Shown: positions 21,752 through 32,181, counted from the stretch's first letter. The stretch is 64,000 nucleotides of DNA from Dehalococcoidia bacterium (GCA_035528575.1 DATKYK010000032.1:7163-71162), one strand, 5' to 3'. Numbers and translations are program-made. The notes: generated by a model not told the origin, from the sequence alone.

Positions 21752-22509
21752 TGCTGAGGGTTGAAAACGTATCTGTGGCCTACGGCCGGCTCATAGGGCT
21801 CAGAGAGGTTTCCATAATGGTAAACGACGGCGAGATCGTCACCATCATGGGGGCCAACGGGGCCGGCAAGAGCAGCCTGCTGAACGCCATATTCGGGGTG
21901 GTGCCGCTTAAGAGTGGCAGCATCTGGCTGGATAGCCACCAGATTTCCGGACTCTCCTCTCACCAGACGGTGAGGCTAGGCCTGGCCTATATTCCCGAAG
22001 GAAGAGAGCTCTTCGGAGCCATGTCGGTGAAGGACAACCTGACTATGGGTGCCTACTCCCAGTGCGCCCGCAGCCGGCTGAGCACTCTGGGGTATATCGG
22101 ATGGTTCCTGCGTCGCCCCGCCGTTCAGTCCAATCTGGAAATGGTACTACGGCTTTTCCCCATACTCAGTGAACGGCAGAATCAGAAGGCAGCCAGCCTC
22201 AGCGGTGGGGAGCAACAGATGCTGGCTATCGCCCGGGCGCTAATGTCCTCCCCCCGGATGCTTCTGCTGGACGAACCCTCCCTGGGACTGGCGCCTACAC
22301 TGGTAAGGGAAATCCTGAAGCTTATAGTCAGGCTGAGAGATGAGGGGATTACCATACTCCTGGTGGAGCAGGATGCTACTGCAGCGCTCAAGATTGCCGA
22401 CCGTGGATATGTCATGGAAAGGGGGCGAATTTCCATCGAGGGTAGCGCCAAGGAACTCCTGGGTGATGACAGGGTCAGGCAGGCATATTTGGGTAAAAGC
22501 GTAGCCTAG
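21751..22509 (+). CDS. livF: branched-chain amino-acid ABC transporter ATP-binding protein
   Basis: Start taken at the ATG overlapping the livG stop (MLRVENVSVAYG). Has Walker A GANGAGKSS, signature LSGGEQQ, Walker B LLLDEP. The 288-aa track ORF begins inside livG. Confidence 0.9.
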   Translation: MLRVENVSVAYGRLIGLREVSIMVNDGEIVTIMGANGAGKSSLLNAIFGVVPLKSGSIWLDSHQISGLSSHQTVRLGLAYIPEGRELFGAMSVKDNLTMGAYSQCARSRLSTLGYIGWFLRRPAVQSNLEMVLRLFPILSERQNQKAASLSGGEQQMLAIARALMSSPRMLLLDEPSLGLAPTLVREILKLIVRLRDEGITILLVEQDATAALKIADRGYVMERGRISIEGSAKELLGDDRVRQAYLGKSVA

Positions 22510-22554
22510 GCTATCATAGGCATGGTAAAATAAAAAGACATGGCATGATATACC

Positions 22555-24387
22555 ATGAAAAAGCTACTTTCGGGTAATGAAGCCATAGCCCTGGGAGCAT
22601 ATCACGCCGGCGTAGTGGTAGCCACCGCTTATCCCGGGACGCCCAGCACCGAAATACTGGAAAACATCGCCCGCATGGATGGTGTTTACGCCGAGTGGTC
22701 AACCAATGAAAAGGTAGCACTGGAGGTGGGGATGGGGGCGTCCTATGGCGGTGTAAGAGCCCTGGTATCCATGAAGCACGTCGGGCTCAATGTGGCCGCT
22801 GATCCCTTTTTCGCAGTTTCTACTACGGGTGTTGTCGGCGGGCTGGTAATAGTCTCCTGCGATGACCCCGGAGAGCATAGCTCCCAGGGAGAGCAGGACA
22901 ACCGTCACTTCGCCAGGATCGCCAAAGTGCCCATGCTTGAGCCCACCGACAGCCAGGAAGCATACGAACTCATGGATTGGGCCTTCAGTATCAGCGAGGA
23001 ATTCGACACACCGGTGCTGCTGCGCTCCACCACCCGCATATCTCACTGCAAGACCGTGGTCGATGTAACAAAGGAGCGGAAAGCCGATTTAAGACAGCCC
23101 GGCTTCATCCGCTCTCCAGAGAAATACGTGATGGTTCCCTCAAACGCCCGGGTCAGGCGGCATGCCATGGAGGAGCGCATCAAAAAACTGCAGGCCTATG
23201 TGGAGGACTTTCCCCTGAACCAGATGTTGCTGGCTGACCGAAGGCTCGGGGTGATATCCGATGGGGTTGCATACCAGTACGCCCGGGAGGTATTCAGTGA
23301 TGCCTCCCACCTCAAATTGACCACCATCTATCCTATCCCGGCTAACCTGATTCGCAGGTTCGCCCGGGAGGTGGAGAGGGTGGTTGTAGTGGAGGAGCTG
23401 GACCCTTACCTCGAAGACGAGGTGCGCCGCCTGGGCATTGCGGTCACGGGCAAGGAGTTCATCCCCATAATAGGAGAGCTTAACCCCGAGATAGTTGAGG
23501 ACGGCGCTATTCAGGCAGGTTTACTCTCGGCTTCACCCAAGCCTCCTCCTAAATCCAGGAGACCAGCACCGCAACTACCGCCACGGCCGCCGCTGCTCTG
23601 TGCTGGCTGCCCCCATATCGCTACCGAGTTTGCCCTGAGAAGACTGGGCTTTTACAACCCTAACCCCAACGAAGAACTGTCCCTTAAAAGGAAAATACCG
23701 GCGCAACTGAAGAAAGGCGGCCTCATTGCTACCAGCGATATCGGGTGCTATACTCTAGGTGTATATGCTCCCCTGTTCGCTCTGGACACCTGCGCCTGTA
23801 TGGGCGCCAGTATAGGACAGGCGCTTGGGCTGGAAAAGGCGGGGGTTCCAAACAAGATTGTAGCCGTAATAGGTGACTCCACCTTTATGCACTCAGGTAT
23901 AACCGGTCTTATCGACGTCGTTTACAACGAGGGAAGTACCACTGTCATAATCCTGGATAATGAAACCACCGCCATGACCGGGCATCAAGGTCATCCCGGT
24001 ACCGGCATCTCAGCCAAAGGGACCAAAGCCGGGATGGTAAAGCTGGAGGCGCTGGCACGGGGGATCGGGGTTAACGATGTCAACGTGGTCGATGCCTTCG
24101 ATCTAGCGCTTATTGAGTCCACCTTAAGCCGGTGCATTGAGAACGATGAACCCTCGGTCATAATAGCCCGGGGACCCTGTCCGCTTCGTGTCAAATCATC
24201 GGGAAAGCCATTCAAGGTAGATAGCGAGAAGTGCAATAGCTGCTATGCCTGTCTGCGCATTGGTTGTCCCGCCATATCCGTCTCCGGCGACAAGGCCTGG
24301 ATAGACGCCGGCCTGTGCGTAGGCTCCGGTTGTGGTATCTGCGCTCAGGTCTGTCCCGAAGAGGCCATTTCGGAAAGCAAGGAATGA
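22555..24387 (+). CDS. iorA: indolepyruvate:ferredoxin oxidoreductase, alpha subunit
   Basis: 610-aa ORF with N-terminus LSGNEAIALGAYHAGV, TPP-binding region GDSTFMHSG, and C-terminal 2x[4Fe-4S] motifs (CNSCYACLRIGCP and CVGSGCGICAQVCP). Confidence 0.9.
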   Translation: MKKLLSGNEAIALGAYHAGVVVATAYPGTPSTEILENIARMDGVYAEWSTNEKVALEVGMGASYGGVRALVSMKHVGLNVAADPFFAVSTTGVVGGLVIVSCDDPGEHSSQGEQDNRHFARIAKVPMLEPTDSQEAYELMDWAFSISEEFDTPVLLRSTTRISHCKTVVDVTKERKADLRQPGFIRSPEKYVMVPSNARVRRHAMEERIKKLQAYVEDFPLNQMLLADRRLGVISDGVAYQYAREVFSDASHLKLTTIYPIPANLIRRFAREVERVVVVEELDPYLEDEVRRLGIAVTGKEFIPIIGELNPEIVEDGAIQAGLLSASPKPPPKSRRPAPQLPPRPPLLCAGCPHIATEFALRRLGFYNPNPNEELSLKRKIPAQLKKGGLIATSDIGCYTLGVYAPLFALDTCACMGASIGQALGLEKAGVPNKIVAVIGDSTFMHSGITGLIDVVYNEGSTTVIILDNETTAMTGHQGHPGTGISAKGTKAGMVKLEALARGIGVNDVNVVDAFDLALIESTLSRCIENDEPSVIIARGPCPLRVKSSGKPFKVDSEKCNSCYACLRIGCPAISVSGDKAWIDAGLCVGSGCGICAQVCPEEAISESKE

Positions 24388-24998
24388 GGGACGTAAACGT
24401 GCTGATGGTGGGTGTCGGTGGCCAGGGAGTCATCCTGGCCAGCGACGGCATGGGCGAGATTGGCATGAATAACGGGTACGACGTCAAGAAGTCGGACACA
24501 CTGGGCATGGCACAGCGGGGCGGGAGCGTTGTGAGCCACATCCGCTGGGGCAGGCAGGTCTTCTCCCCCATGATTAAGAAAGGGAATGTCGATTTCTTAA
24601 TCGGTTTCGAACAACTGGAGTCGGCCCGCTGGGCACCCTACCTGAAGTCCGGCGGAGTAGCTATAGTCGCCGATGTCACCGTTGTCCCGGTGTCGGTCGT
24701 GGGCAGCACTATGTCATACCCGAGCTGGGAGGAAATCGAAGGGATTCTGTCCCAACATACCCACCAGACATACCTGATCCCGGCAAGCAGAATTGCGACT
24801 CAAGCAGGAAATCCCAGAGCGCTCAATATGGTGATGCTGGGTTCCTTATCCGTATTCCTGGAACTGGAAACAGAGGCCTGGACCGAGACTATGCGCCGTA
24901 GGTTACCGCCTAAGTTTGTGGAATCCAGCATTGAGGCTTTCATGAGAGGAGCGGATGAAGTTAAAGCAGTCATACAAGCAAAGGAGATTAAGAAATGA
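24384..24998 (+). CDS. iorB: indolepyruvate:ferredoxin oxidoreductase, beta subunit
   Basis: Start taken at the ATG overlapping the iorA stop ([20 protein letters not shown]). About 204 aa, typical IorB size. The longer track ORF starts inside iorA. Confidence 0.85.
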   Translation: MRDVNVLMVGVGGQGVILASDGMGEIGMNNGYDVKKSDTLGMAQRGGSVVSHIRWGRQVFSPMIKKGNVDFLIGFEQLESARWAPYLKSGGVAIVADVTVVPVSVVGSTMSYPSWEEIEGILSQHTHQTYLIPASRIATQAGNPRALNMVMLGSLSVFLELETEAWTETMRRRLPPKFVESSIEAFMRGADEVKAVIQAKEIKK

Positions 24999-26299
24999 TT
25001 CGCGACCCTAAACACGAGACAATGCCGAGAGCGGACCTGGAGCGGCTTCAACTGGAGCGCCTGAAGCTTAAGGTTAGCGAGGTTTATAACAAGGTCCCCT
25101 TTTACCGCCGAGCTTTCAAGGAAAAGGGGGTCACCCCGGATGACATCAAGACCCTGGCTGATTTGAGCAGGCTGCCGTTCACCAGCAAGCTGGACTTCCG
25201 CGATAACTATCCCTACGGGCTTACGGTGGTCCCTCTGGAGCAAATAGTGCGAATCCATTCTTCCAGCGGCACAACGGGTAAGCCAGTAATCGCACCCTAT
25301 ACCCAGCGCGACGTCGATACGTGGTCAGAGATAATGGCTCGCACGTTAGCTACCGCCGGCACCACCAAAGACGATGTGCTGCAGAACGCCTATGGCTACG
25401 GGTTGTTTACCGGTGGTCTAGGTTTTCACTACGGCGCTGAACGCCTTGGCGCACTGGTAATCCCCACCAGCAGCGGAAACACCAAGCGCCAGATTCTCCT
25501 GTTGCAAGACCTGGGTACCACTGTTATCACCTGTACCCCCTCGTATGCACTCATCCTTCACGAAACCGCCAGGGATATGGGCATTGACCTGCGCGATACC
25601 AGGTTGCGCCTGGGCATACTCGGTGCCGAGCCCTGGTCCGAGCAGATGAGGAGGGACATAGAGGAGAGGCTCGGTATACTCGCCATCAATGTCTACGGCC
25701 TGACAGAGATTATCGGGCCGGGAGTATCGGTAGAGTGTCCTCATAAGTGCGGAATGCATATCGCCGAAGACCATTTCCTGGTCGAGACCATCGATCCGGA
25801 GAGCGGAGGGCAGTTGCCCTATGGGGAAGAGGGGGAGCTTGTGATAACGACGCTTACTAAGGAAGCCCAACCGGTAATCAGGTTCCGCACCAGGGATATC
25901 ATCAGTCTAAATCGGGAGCCGTGCGAGTGCGGACGAACGATGGCAAGAATGTCACGAATAACCGGACGCAGTGACGATATGCTAATCATTCGGGGTGTAA
26001 ACGTTTTTCCCTCACAGATAGAGAGCGTTCTTCTTGATGTTGAGGGGGTGGAACCGCATTACCTGATAGTTGTAGACAGGCAGCACGCATTCAAGTCCGA
26101 CGAACTGGAGATATGGGTCGAGGTATCCGAGGAGGTGTTCTCCGACGAGATGCAGAAGATGGAAGGCTTGGAGAAAAGGCTCCGCTCCGAGATGGACAGC
26201 GTACTGGGCATCTCAGCACGTATTAAACTGGTGGAGCCCAGGACTATCGAACGTACTGAAGGAAAAGCCAAAAGGGTAGTAGACCGGAGCGAGCTATAA
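24995..26299 (+). CDS. paaK: phenylacetate--CoA ligase family protein
   Basis: 434-aa ORF with PaaK-type N-terminus ([22 protein letters not shown]) and AMP-binding motifs SSGTTGKP and YGLTE. Confidence 0.9.
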   Translation: MIRDPKHETMPRADLERLQLERLKLKVSEVYNKVPFYRRAFKEKGVTPDDIKTLADLSRLPFTSKLDFRDNYPYGLTVVPLEQIVRIHSSSGTTGKPVIAPYTQRDVDTWSEIMARTLATAGTTKDDVLQNAYGYGLFTGGLGFHYGAERLGALVIPTSSGNTKRQILLLQDLGTTVITCTPSYALILHETARDMGIDLRDTRLRLGILGAEPWSEQMRRDIEERLGILAINVYGLTEIIGPGVSVECPHKCGMHIAEDHFLVETIDPESGGQLPYGEEGELVITTLTKEAQPVIRFRTRDIISLNREPCECGRTMARMSRITGRSDDMLIIRGVNVFPSQIESVLLDVEGVEPHYLIVVDRQHAFKSDELEIWVEVSEEVFSDEMQKMEGLEKRLRSEMDSVLGISARIKLVEPRTIERTEGKAKRVVDRSEL

Positions 26300-26464
26300 T
26301 CAGAACATCTCCGGCCTTTGGTTTTGTATTTTGAGAATTAGAATTTTTTAATTTGTTTAGTATTTAGAGCTTAGTATTTCGAGTTTTTAAATGCCCTGTT
26401 AGCAGTTCATTAAGACTATTTAATCAGTCGCCAGCAACATAAAGGCTAAGGGAGGAAATCGGAT

Positions 26465-26863
26465 ATGAGAATAAAGCAGGTTTCCGTTTTTGTGGAGAAC
26501 GAGGCAGGTCGGCTAGAATCCATCCTCGAAGCCCTCCAGAGAGAAGAGATCAACATACACGCCCTATCGGTAAGCGATACTGCGGAGTTTGGCATAGTGC
26601 GCATGGTTCTGGATAATCCGGATAAAGGGCTTGATGCGCTGCGGCAATCCGGTTTCACCACTCGCGTAGACTGGATGCTGAGCGCTTATATACCCGATGT
26701 CCCCGGCGGGCTGCTAAGCAGTGTGGCCAAGCCAATGGCCGAGGCCGGGATCAACATCAAGTACTTCTACGCCTACATCGGGCAGGCTGGAGAGAACCGG
26801 GCGCTGGTGGTACTCAAGCCGGATGACCTGGAAAAGGCGGAGAAGGTTCTGGGAGCAAGGTAA
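26465..26863 (+). CDS. ACT-domain protein (tandem ACT)
   Basis: 132-aa ORF with two ACT-like repeats (ISVFVENEAGRLESIL and YIPDVPGGLLSSVAKPMAEAGINI). This type of small ACT gene commonly follows paaK. Confidence 0.8.
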   Translation: MRIKQVSVFVENEAGRLESILEALQREEINIHALSVSDTAEFGIVRMVLDNPDKGLDALRQSGFTTRVDWMLSAYIPDVPGGLLSSVAKPMAEAGINIKYFYAYIGQAGENRALVVLKPDDLEKAEKVLGAR

Positions 26864-26890
26864 GACCGGGCAAGGGAAGCCAAGTTCAAC

Positions 26891-28774
26891 GTGGAGGCTG
26901 ATTTGTATCTATACCACGGAAAAATCCTCATAATCGATTTAACCACACAGGAGGTAAGGGTTGAGGAGCTCAGCCCATCACTGCTAAAGGGCTATCTGGG
27001 GGGCGTTGGACTGGCAACGCGCCTGCTTTACCAGTACTTACCAGCCGGTACGGGTGCACTTTCCCCCCATAACCCTCTGGTGTTTGCCAGCAGCGCCCTG
27101 GCTGGCACCATCATACCCACCTCCAACAAGCACGCTATAGCAACCAAGTCACCACTGACTGGACTTATTGGTGATTCCCTTTCCTCTAGCTTCTGGTCCC
27201 AAGCGTTAAAGAGAACCGGATTCGATGCTATCGTCATAACCGGAGCGGCAGCATCACCCATCTACCTTTTCATAGATAATGACATCGTTCACTTCAATAA
27301 AGCAGAGCACCTGTGGGGAAAGGGAAGCCCGGAGACCGAGCACTATATCAGGAGACATATCGGAGACGACCGGGTGAAAGTAGCCTCCATCGGTCCCGGC
27401 GGTGAGAATCTGGTTCGATATGCTTGTATAACCAACGATAGTAACCGGCAGGCAGGGAGGACAGGGACAGGGGCGGTAATGGGCTCCAAGAAGCTCAAGG
27501 CGATTGCCCTGCGTGGTACCAGGCCAATCAAGGTCTACAGCATGGAGGAGGTTGAGAGGATAAGTATTGACATAATTCATAAGGCCGAGGGGCCGGACAC
27601 GGAAAAATACCGCGTACTGGGGACACCGGCCAATATTCTGGTGCTAAACCGCTTATCGGCACTGCCAACGAGAAACTTCCAGCAGTCCAGCTTCGAAAAG
27701 GCGGAAAATATAAGCGGTGAATACCTGGCCGAGCACTACCTTACCAAGGTGATGGCCTGCGCCGCCTGTCCGGTGGCATGTGGTCACATATACAAGGTAG
27801 CAGAGGGAAACTATGCAGGAACACAGTGGGAGCTTGACTACGAATCGCTCTACGCCCTGGGGCCGCTTTGCGGCGTGGACCACATACCGGGCATACTGAA
27901 GGCAGCAGAGCTTTGTGACTACTACGGCATAGATACCATCAGTACCGGAAGTTGTATAGCCTGGGCCATGGAATGCTTTGAGAAGGGCCTGTTGACAAGG
28001 GAGGATACAGAGGGAATAGACCTAACCTTCGGCAATCACAGAGCTCTGGTAGAGGTTATACCGAAGATCGGCGAACGCAGCGGTATTGGAAACCTGCTGG
28101 CTGATGGTGTTAGAATCGCTTCCTCCAATCTGGGGAGAAACTCGGAGCACTGGGCGATGCACTCCAAGGGACTTGAGTTTCCAGGCTACGATCCCAGAGC
28201 TATGAAAACCTTAGCCCTGGGGTTCGCCGTGGGTCTCAGGGGTGCATGCCATAACCGCTCCCCCGCCTATGAAGTGGATATGTCCGGAGAGGTAGACAGG
28301 TTCAAGGGTGAACCGGGGAGAGGCTCCAGGGTGAAGGAAAAGGAGGATTTCGCCGCTGTTCTCGACTCACTGATTATCTGCAAGTTCATCCGAAAGTGCT
28401 TCGGCGATTTATATACCGAGGCTGCCAACCTCTACAAACAGGCAACAGGTCTGGATATGACCCCGGCCGAGCTGAAGGGTGCAGGTGAGCGCATAAACAA
28501 CATAAAGAAAGCCTTTAACATCCGTGAGGGATGGAAACCCGGTGACGACTGGCTACCACCTCGCTTGTTCAGCGACCCCATAACAGAGGGCGAGGGAAAG
28601 GGCACGGTGCTGACCGAGGCCGAGCTCAGGCTCATGATCGATGATTACTACCAGGCCCGGGGCTGGACCGCCGAAGGCCTGATACCGGAGGAGAAACTGC
28701 AGGCACTGGGGATAGAGGATCCCATCGCACCGTGGAAAGGATTGGAGTATGGAACGCAGGTATATAAGCTGTGA
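26891..28774 (+). CDS. aor: aldehyde:ferredoxin oxidoreductase (tungstopterin AOR family)
   Basis: 627-aa ORF with a GTG start. N-terminus YHGKILIIDLTTQEV and the Cys motif CAACPVACGH are typical of the AOR family. Confidence 0.9.
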   Translation: MEADLYLYHGKILIIDLTTQEVRVEELSPSLLKGYLGGVGLATRLLYQYLPAGTGALSPHNPLVFASSALAGTIIPTSNKHAIATKSPLTGLIGDSLSSSFWSQALKRTGFDAIVITGAAASPIYLFIDNDIVHFNKAEHLWGKGSPETEHYIRRHIGDDRVKVASIGPGGENLVRYACITNDSNRQAGRTGTGAVMGSKKLKAIALRGTRPIKVYSMEEVERISIDIIHKAEGPDTEKYRVLGTPANILVLNRLSALPTRNFQQSSFEKAENISGEYLAEHYLTKVMACAACPVACGHIYKVAEGNYAGTQWELDYESLYALGPLCGVDHIPGILKAAELCDYYGIDTISTGSCIAWAMECFEKGLLTREDTEGIDLTFGNHRALVEVIPKIGERSGIGNLLADGVRIASSNLGRNSEHWAMHSKGLEFPGYDPRAMKTLALGFAVGLRGACHNRSPAYEVDMSGEVDRFKGEPGRGSRVKEKEDFAAVLDSLIICKFIRKCFGDLYTEAANLYKQATGLDMTPAELKGAGERINNIKKAFNIREGWKPGDDWLPPRLFSDPITEGEGKGTVLTEAELRLMIDDYYQARGWTAEGLIPEEKLQALGIEDPIAPWKGLEYGTQVYKL

Positions 28775-29213
28775 CCCTGAGCTTTGCAGTGGGTGCGGGC
28801 TCTGCGAGATGGTTTGCTCGGCAGAAAAGGAGGGGGTTTTCTGCCCCGAGCTGTCCCGTATTCACCTGGTACACATTGATGAAAAGATGGCCGTAAGTAT
28901 AGCCTGTCGTTTCTGTGAGAACACACCATGCATAGAAGCCTGTCCCCGCGAAGCGCTGGAGTGGGACGAGGTGAACAACGTCATTCGCGTTGACAAGATG
29001 CGCTGCACCGGGTGTGGCTGGTGCATAGAGGCCTGTGACTTCGGCGCTATCGTCCTGAATCGCTCCACCAAGTCGGTGGTGCTATGCGATCTATGCGAGG
29101 GGCGCTCTCAGCCAAAATGCGTGGAGCTATGCCCCAGGGAAGCACTCAAGGTGTCAACACTGGAGATCGAAGCCCAGAGCGCGCGGGGGGAAGCGGCGAG
29201 ATCCCTGCTTTAG
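28749..29213 (+). CDS. 4Fe-4S dicluster ferredoxin-domain protein (likely AOR partner)
   Basis: 154-aa ORF with several CxxCxxC(x3)CP-type motifs (CSGCGLCEMVC, CTGCGWCIEAC, CDLCEG...CVELCP). Overlaps the end of aor. Confidence 0.8.
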   Translation: MERRYISCDPELCSGCGLCEMVCSAEKEGVFCPELSRIHLVHIDEKMAVSIACRFCENTPCIEACPREALEWDEVNNVIRVDKMRCTGCGWCIEACDFGAIVLNRSTKSVVLCDLCEGRSQPKCVELCPREALKVSTLEIEAQSARGEAARSLL

Positions 29214-29254
29214 GCCTACCATCATATATGAAGCAGTCTCAAACCTGACACAAG

Positions 29255-30442
29255 CTAGCAGATACCAAACTTTCTGGCTGCCGCCCCAAATCCCAATAAA
29301 GACCCCTTGATAACAGGGTCCTCCACGCAGTATGAAATGCGGAAGTATCCGGGAGCACCAAACCCCCTCCCCGGCACCACCAGGACATTATGCTCCTGCA
29401 ACTCCCTAACGAAGGCTACATCATCTGCAATCGGTGACCTGGGGAATATATAGAAGGCACCCATTGGCTTTACCGTAGAGTAGCCCATCTCGACAAGGCT
29501 ACTATATAAAAGGTCCCTCTTTCCCCTGTACGTATCTATATCAACGGATGCGTGCTGCAGACGCTTCACCACATTCTGCATTAATGCTGGAGCATTAACA
29601 AAACCGAGCACGCGATTGCAGAACACCAACCCGTTTATCAACTCACCCCGACCGTCATACTCAGGATTCAACGCGATATACCCGATGCGCTCACCAGGCA
29701 AAGCCAGGTCCTTGGAGAAAGAAGTGGCTACGATTGTCCTGGGATGGTACTGAAAGACATATGGGCACTCCACCCCATCGTATACCAGCCTGCGGTAGAC
29801 CTCATCGCTAATAAGGAAGATCTCCCTCCCATACTCAGCTTCTTTCCTGGCCAGCAGCCCGCCAATCCCGCTCAGTATGTCGTGGCCATAGACAGCACCG
29901 GTGGGATTATTAGGGGAGTTCACCAACACCGCTTTCGTTCTGGGCGTTATATTTTCCTCCAGAATCTTCAAATCAGGTATAAACTGGCTATCAGTGGGGA
30001 TGATTCGGGGGAGAGCCTGAGCATTTTCTATATAGTATATATATTCGACAAAGTAGGGTGCGAAGATTACTACCTCATCGCCAGCCTCGATGATAGTTTT
30101 CAACACCACATTTATCCCTCCGGCAGCGCCACATGTCATCACTATCTCATCCCGGGTAAATTGTAGTCCGGTCTGGGATAAAAGATATTCAGCGACGGCC
30201 TCACGCGTCTCGGGATAACCGGCGTTGGGCATATATCGGTGCATCCCGGGACCCGGCTGGTTCACCCACCGGCGAAGCTCCTGGCGAAATTCGTCGGGCG
30301 GCTCCATTACCGGATTACCCAGGGAGAGGTCGAAAACATTGCTCTCACCCAGTTTCTTCTTGAGAGCGATCCCCTCTTCAAACATCTTCCTGATCCAGCC
30401 ACCCTCCGCCATCTGTTGCCGCAACCTCGGTGAAACTGACAT
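29255..30442 (-). CDS. pyridoxal-phosphate-dependent aminotransferase, class I/II (aspartate/aromatic type)
   Basis: Has the NPxNPTG motif (SPNNPTGAVY) and the PLP-lysine region (SFSKDLALPGERIGY). Start placed at ATG (MSVSPRLR); a GTG 15 nt upstream at 30457 is an alternative. Confidence 0.9.
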   Translation of the reverse strand: MSVSPRLRQQMAEGGWIRKMFEEGIALKKKLGESNVFDLSLGNPVMEPPDEFRQELRRWVNQPGPGMHRYMPNAGYPETREAVAEYLLSQTGLQFTRDEIVMTCGAAGGINVVLKTIIEAGDEVVIFAPYFVEYIYYIENAQALPRIIPTDSQFIPDLKILEENITPRTKAVLVNSPNNPTGAVYGHDILSGIGGLLARKEAEYGREIFLISDEVYRRLVYDGVECPYVFQYHPRTIVATSFSKDLALPGERIGYIALNPEYDGRGELINGLVFCNRVLGFVNAPALMQNVVKRLQHASVDIDTYRGKRDLLYSSLVEMGYSTVKPMGAFYIFPRSPIADDVAFVRELQEHNVLVVPGRGFGAPGYFRISYCVEDPVIKGSLLGFGAAARKFGIC

Positions 30443-30711
30443 TAGCCTGCCTCGCACTTAATCAATGGCTCAACAGTTACTGGTTTTCGGCGCTCGCCTG
30501 TTATTGGGCCCCCTCGTGATCCTCACCTCGGGACTAGAGGTATCCGGTAACGAAAGGCACTCTAGAACCACCCTCTATTGATTTGCTTCTTGCCCCTCTC
30601 CGGGTGGATTGAAGCACCTGCTCAATTAAACGCCGGAGTATACGATGCGGGACAGGCCCATGATCCCTATAGTGGTCACGTAACTGAAGCCTTCTTAACC
30701 AGCGGCCAGCC

Positions 30712-31728
30712 CTAGATGTACCTGCCCACCGCCTCGGCTATGGGCTTCAGCTCGGCCATCAGCCGCTCGAAGTTCGGGATGGTAAGCGATTGCAGGCCAT
30801 CGACGAGCGCTTCTTCCGGATTGCGGTGTACCTCTATCAGGAGACCATCCGCCCCGGCGGCTATCGCAGCCCTGGCGATGCTGGGCACATAGGCATAGTG
30901 TCCCGCAGCGTGGCTGGGATCCACTATGACCGGTAGGTGGCTGAAGTGCTTGACCACCGCAATCGAACTGATGTCCACGGAAAACCGGACACTATCCTCG
31001 AAGGTTCTGACTCCGCGCTCACACAGGATTATTCGCCGATTGCCCTCAGCCATTAGATAATCGGCCGCAGTCAGCCACTCGGTGACAGTAGCGGAAAGCC
31101 CCCTTTTCAGCAGGATGGGATGCCTCAGCTTGCTCAACTCCTTGAGCAGGGCGAAGTTCTGCATGTTGCGGGCGCCGACCTGCAATATGTCAGCGTGCCT
31201 GGCGATCAAGCCTATGTTCTCGATGTCAACCACCTCGGTGATAACCGGAATGCCAAGCTCAGATTTGACCCGGGCCAACATCGTCAAAGCATCCTTTTCC
31301 AGTCCCTGGAAGCTAAAGGGCGAGGTGCGGGGCTTAAAGGCGCCACCTCTAACCACCGCAGCCCCCAGATCCCTGACCGCCCTGGCCGTCTCCATAAGCT
31401 GCTCCTCACTCTCCACGGCGCAAGGGCCGGCCATTACTACTACCCTCTCCCCCCCTATTTCCACGCCAGACACATTCATTTTACTTGGCTTGGGATGGAA
31501 CTCCCTTGAGGCAAGCTTATACGGCTTCATCACACGGGTGACGCCCTCAACCCCGGGTAAAACGGCGAAAACATCGGTCTGTACCTTGCCGGTATCGCCG
31601 CCCAGGATAGCCACCACCGTCTTTTCGGTGCCCAGGTTCAACTGCACCTCAAAGCCAAAGGAGTGTGCCCTTTCCACCACGTGATCGACCTGATCTTTGC
31701 TGGCGTCCCTTCTCATCTCAACAATCAT
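30712..31728 (-). CDS. aroF: 3-deoxy-7-phosphoheptulonate (DAHP) synthase, type I-beta with N-terminal regulatory domain
   Basis: 338-aa ORF with an N-terminal ferredoxin-like regulatory domain (MIVEMRRDASKDQVDHVVE), then a KDO8P/DAHP core with GPCAVES, GAFKPRTSP and VDPSH. Confidence 0.9.
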   Translation of the reverse strand: MIVEMRRDASKDQVDHVVERAHSFGFEVQLNLGTEKTVVAILGGDTGKVQTDVFAVLPGVEGVTRVMKPYKLASREFHPKPSKMNVSGVEIGGERVVVMAGPCAVESEEQLMETARAVRDLGAAVVRGGAFKPRTSPFSFQGLEKDALTMLARVKSELGIPVITEVVDIENIGLIARHADILQVGARNMQNFALLKELSKLRHPILLKRGLSATVTEWLTAADYLMAEGNRRIILCERGVRTFEDSVRFSVDISSIAVVKHFSHLPVIVDPSHAAGHYAYVPSIARAAIAAGADGLLIEVHRNPEEALVDGLQSLTIPNFERLMAELKPIAEAVGRYI

Positions 31729-31776
31729 CTCTTCTCACCCCTCAAGTATTCTCCATGAACAACCGTAAAGCCACGG

Positions 31777-32181
31777 TCAGCCTCGTGCCCCCATAGAGAC
31801 AGTGGTTCCCGTGGCCCGGGCAATTATTTTCCCCTTGGAATCGAAGACCGTCATCTCCGATACCCCTACTCTCTTTCCTGCATGCAAAACCCTGGATTCA
31901 GCATAGATGGTCTCCCCAACCGGCGCTGCGGCAAGGAAATGGATGTTCATCTGGACAGCAACGTGTATATTCTCCAGGGTATTGCATGCGCAGCCAAAGG
32001 CCTGGTCAAGTAGGGTGGCGATAACGCCACCGTGAATCATATTATCCCAGTTCAGAAACTCCCTTTTTAGCTCGAGCTTCACCCTGGCATATCCCGATGA
32101 CAGCTCCACCAGGCTCATGCCAAGATGAACCGCGCAGGGTGAGTTATCGAACCGCTGACGCATCTCCTTAATTTCAATCAT
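31777..32181 (-). CDS. PaaI-family hotdog-fold thioesterase
   Basis: Start placed at the ATG 9 nt after AGGAG (MIEIKEM). The motif HGGVIATLLDQAFGCA is typical of PaaI/YbgC-type thioesterases. Confidence 0.8.
   Translation of the reverse strand: MIEIKEMRQRFDNSPCAVHLGMSLVELSSGYARVKLELKREFLNWDNMIHGGVIATLLDQAFGCACNTLENIHVAVQMNIHFLAAAPVGETIYAESRVLHAGKRVGVSEMTVFDSKGKIIARATGTTVSMGARG

Noticed and set aside
21643-22509. 288-aa version of livF. The same applies to the 244-aa version of iorB at 24264-24998.
   Set aside because: The N-terminal extensions lie inside the preceding genes in another frame. Conserved N-termini and ATGs overlapping the upstream stops support the shorter forms.
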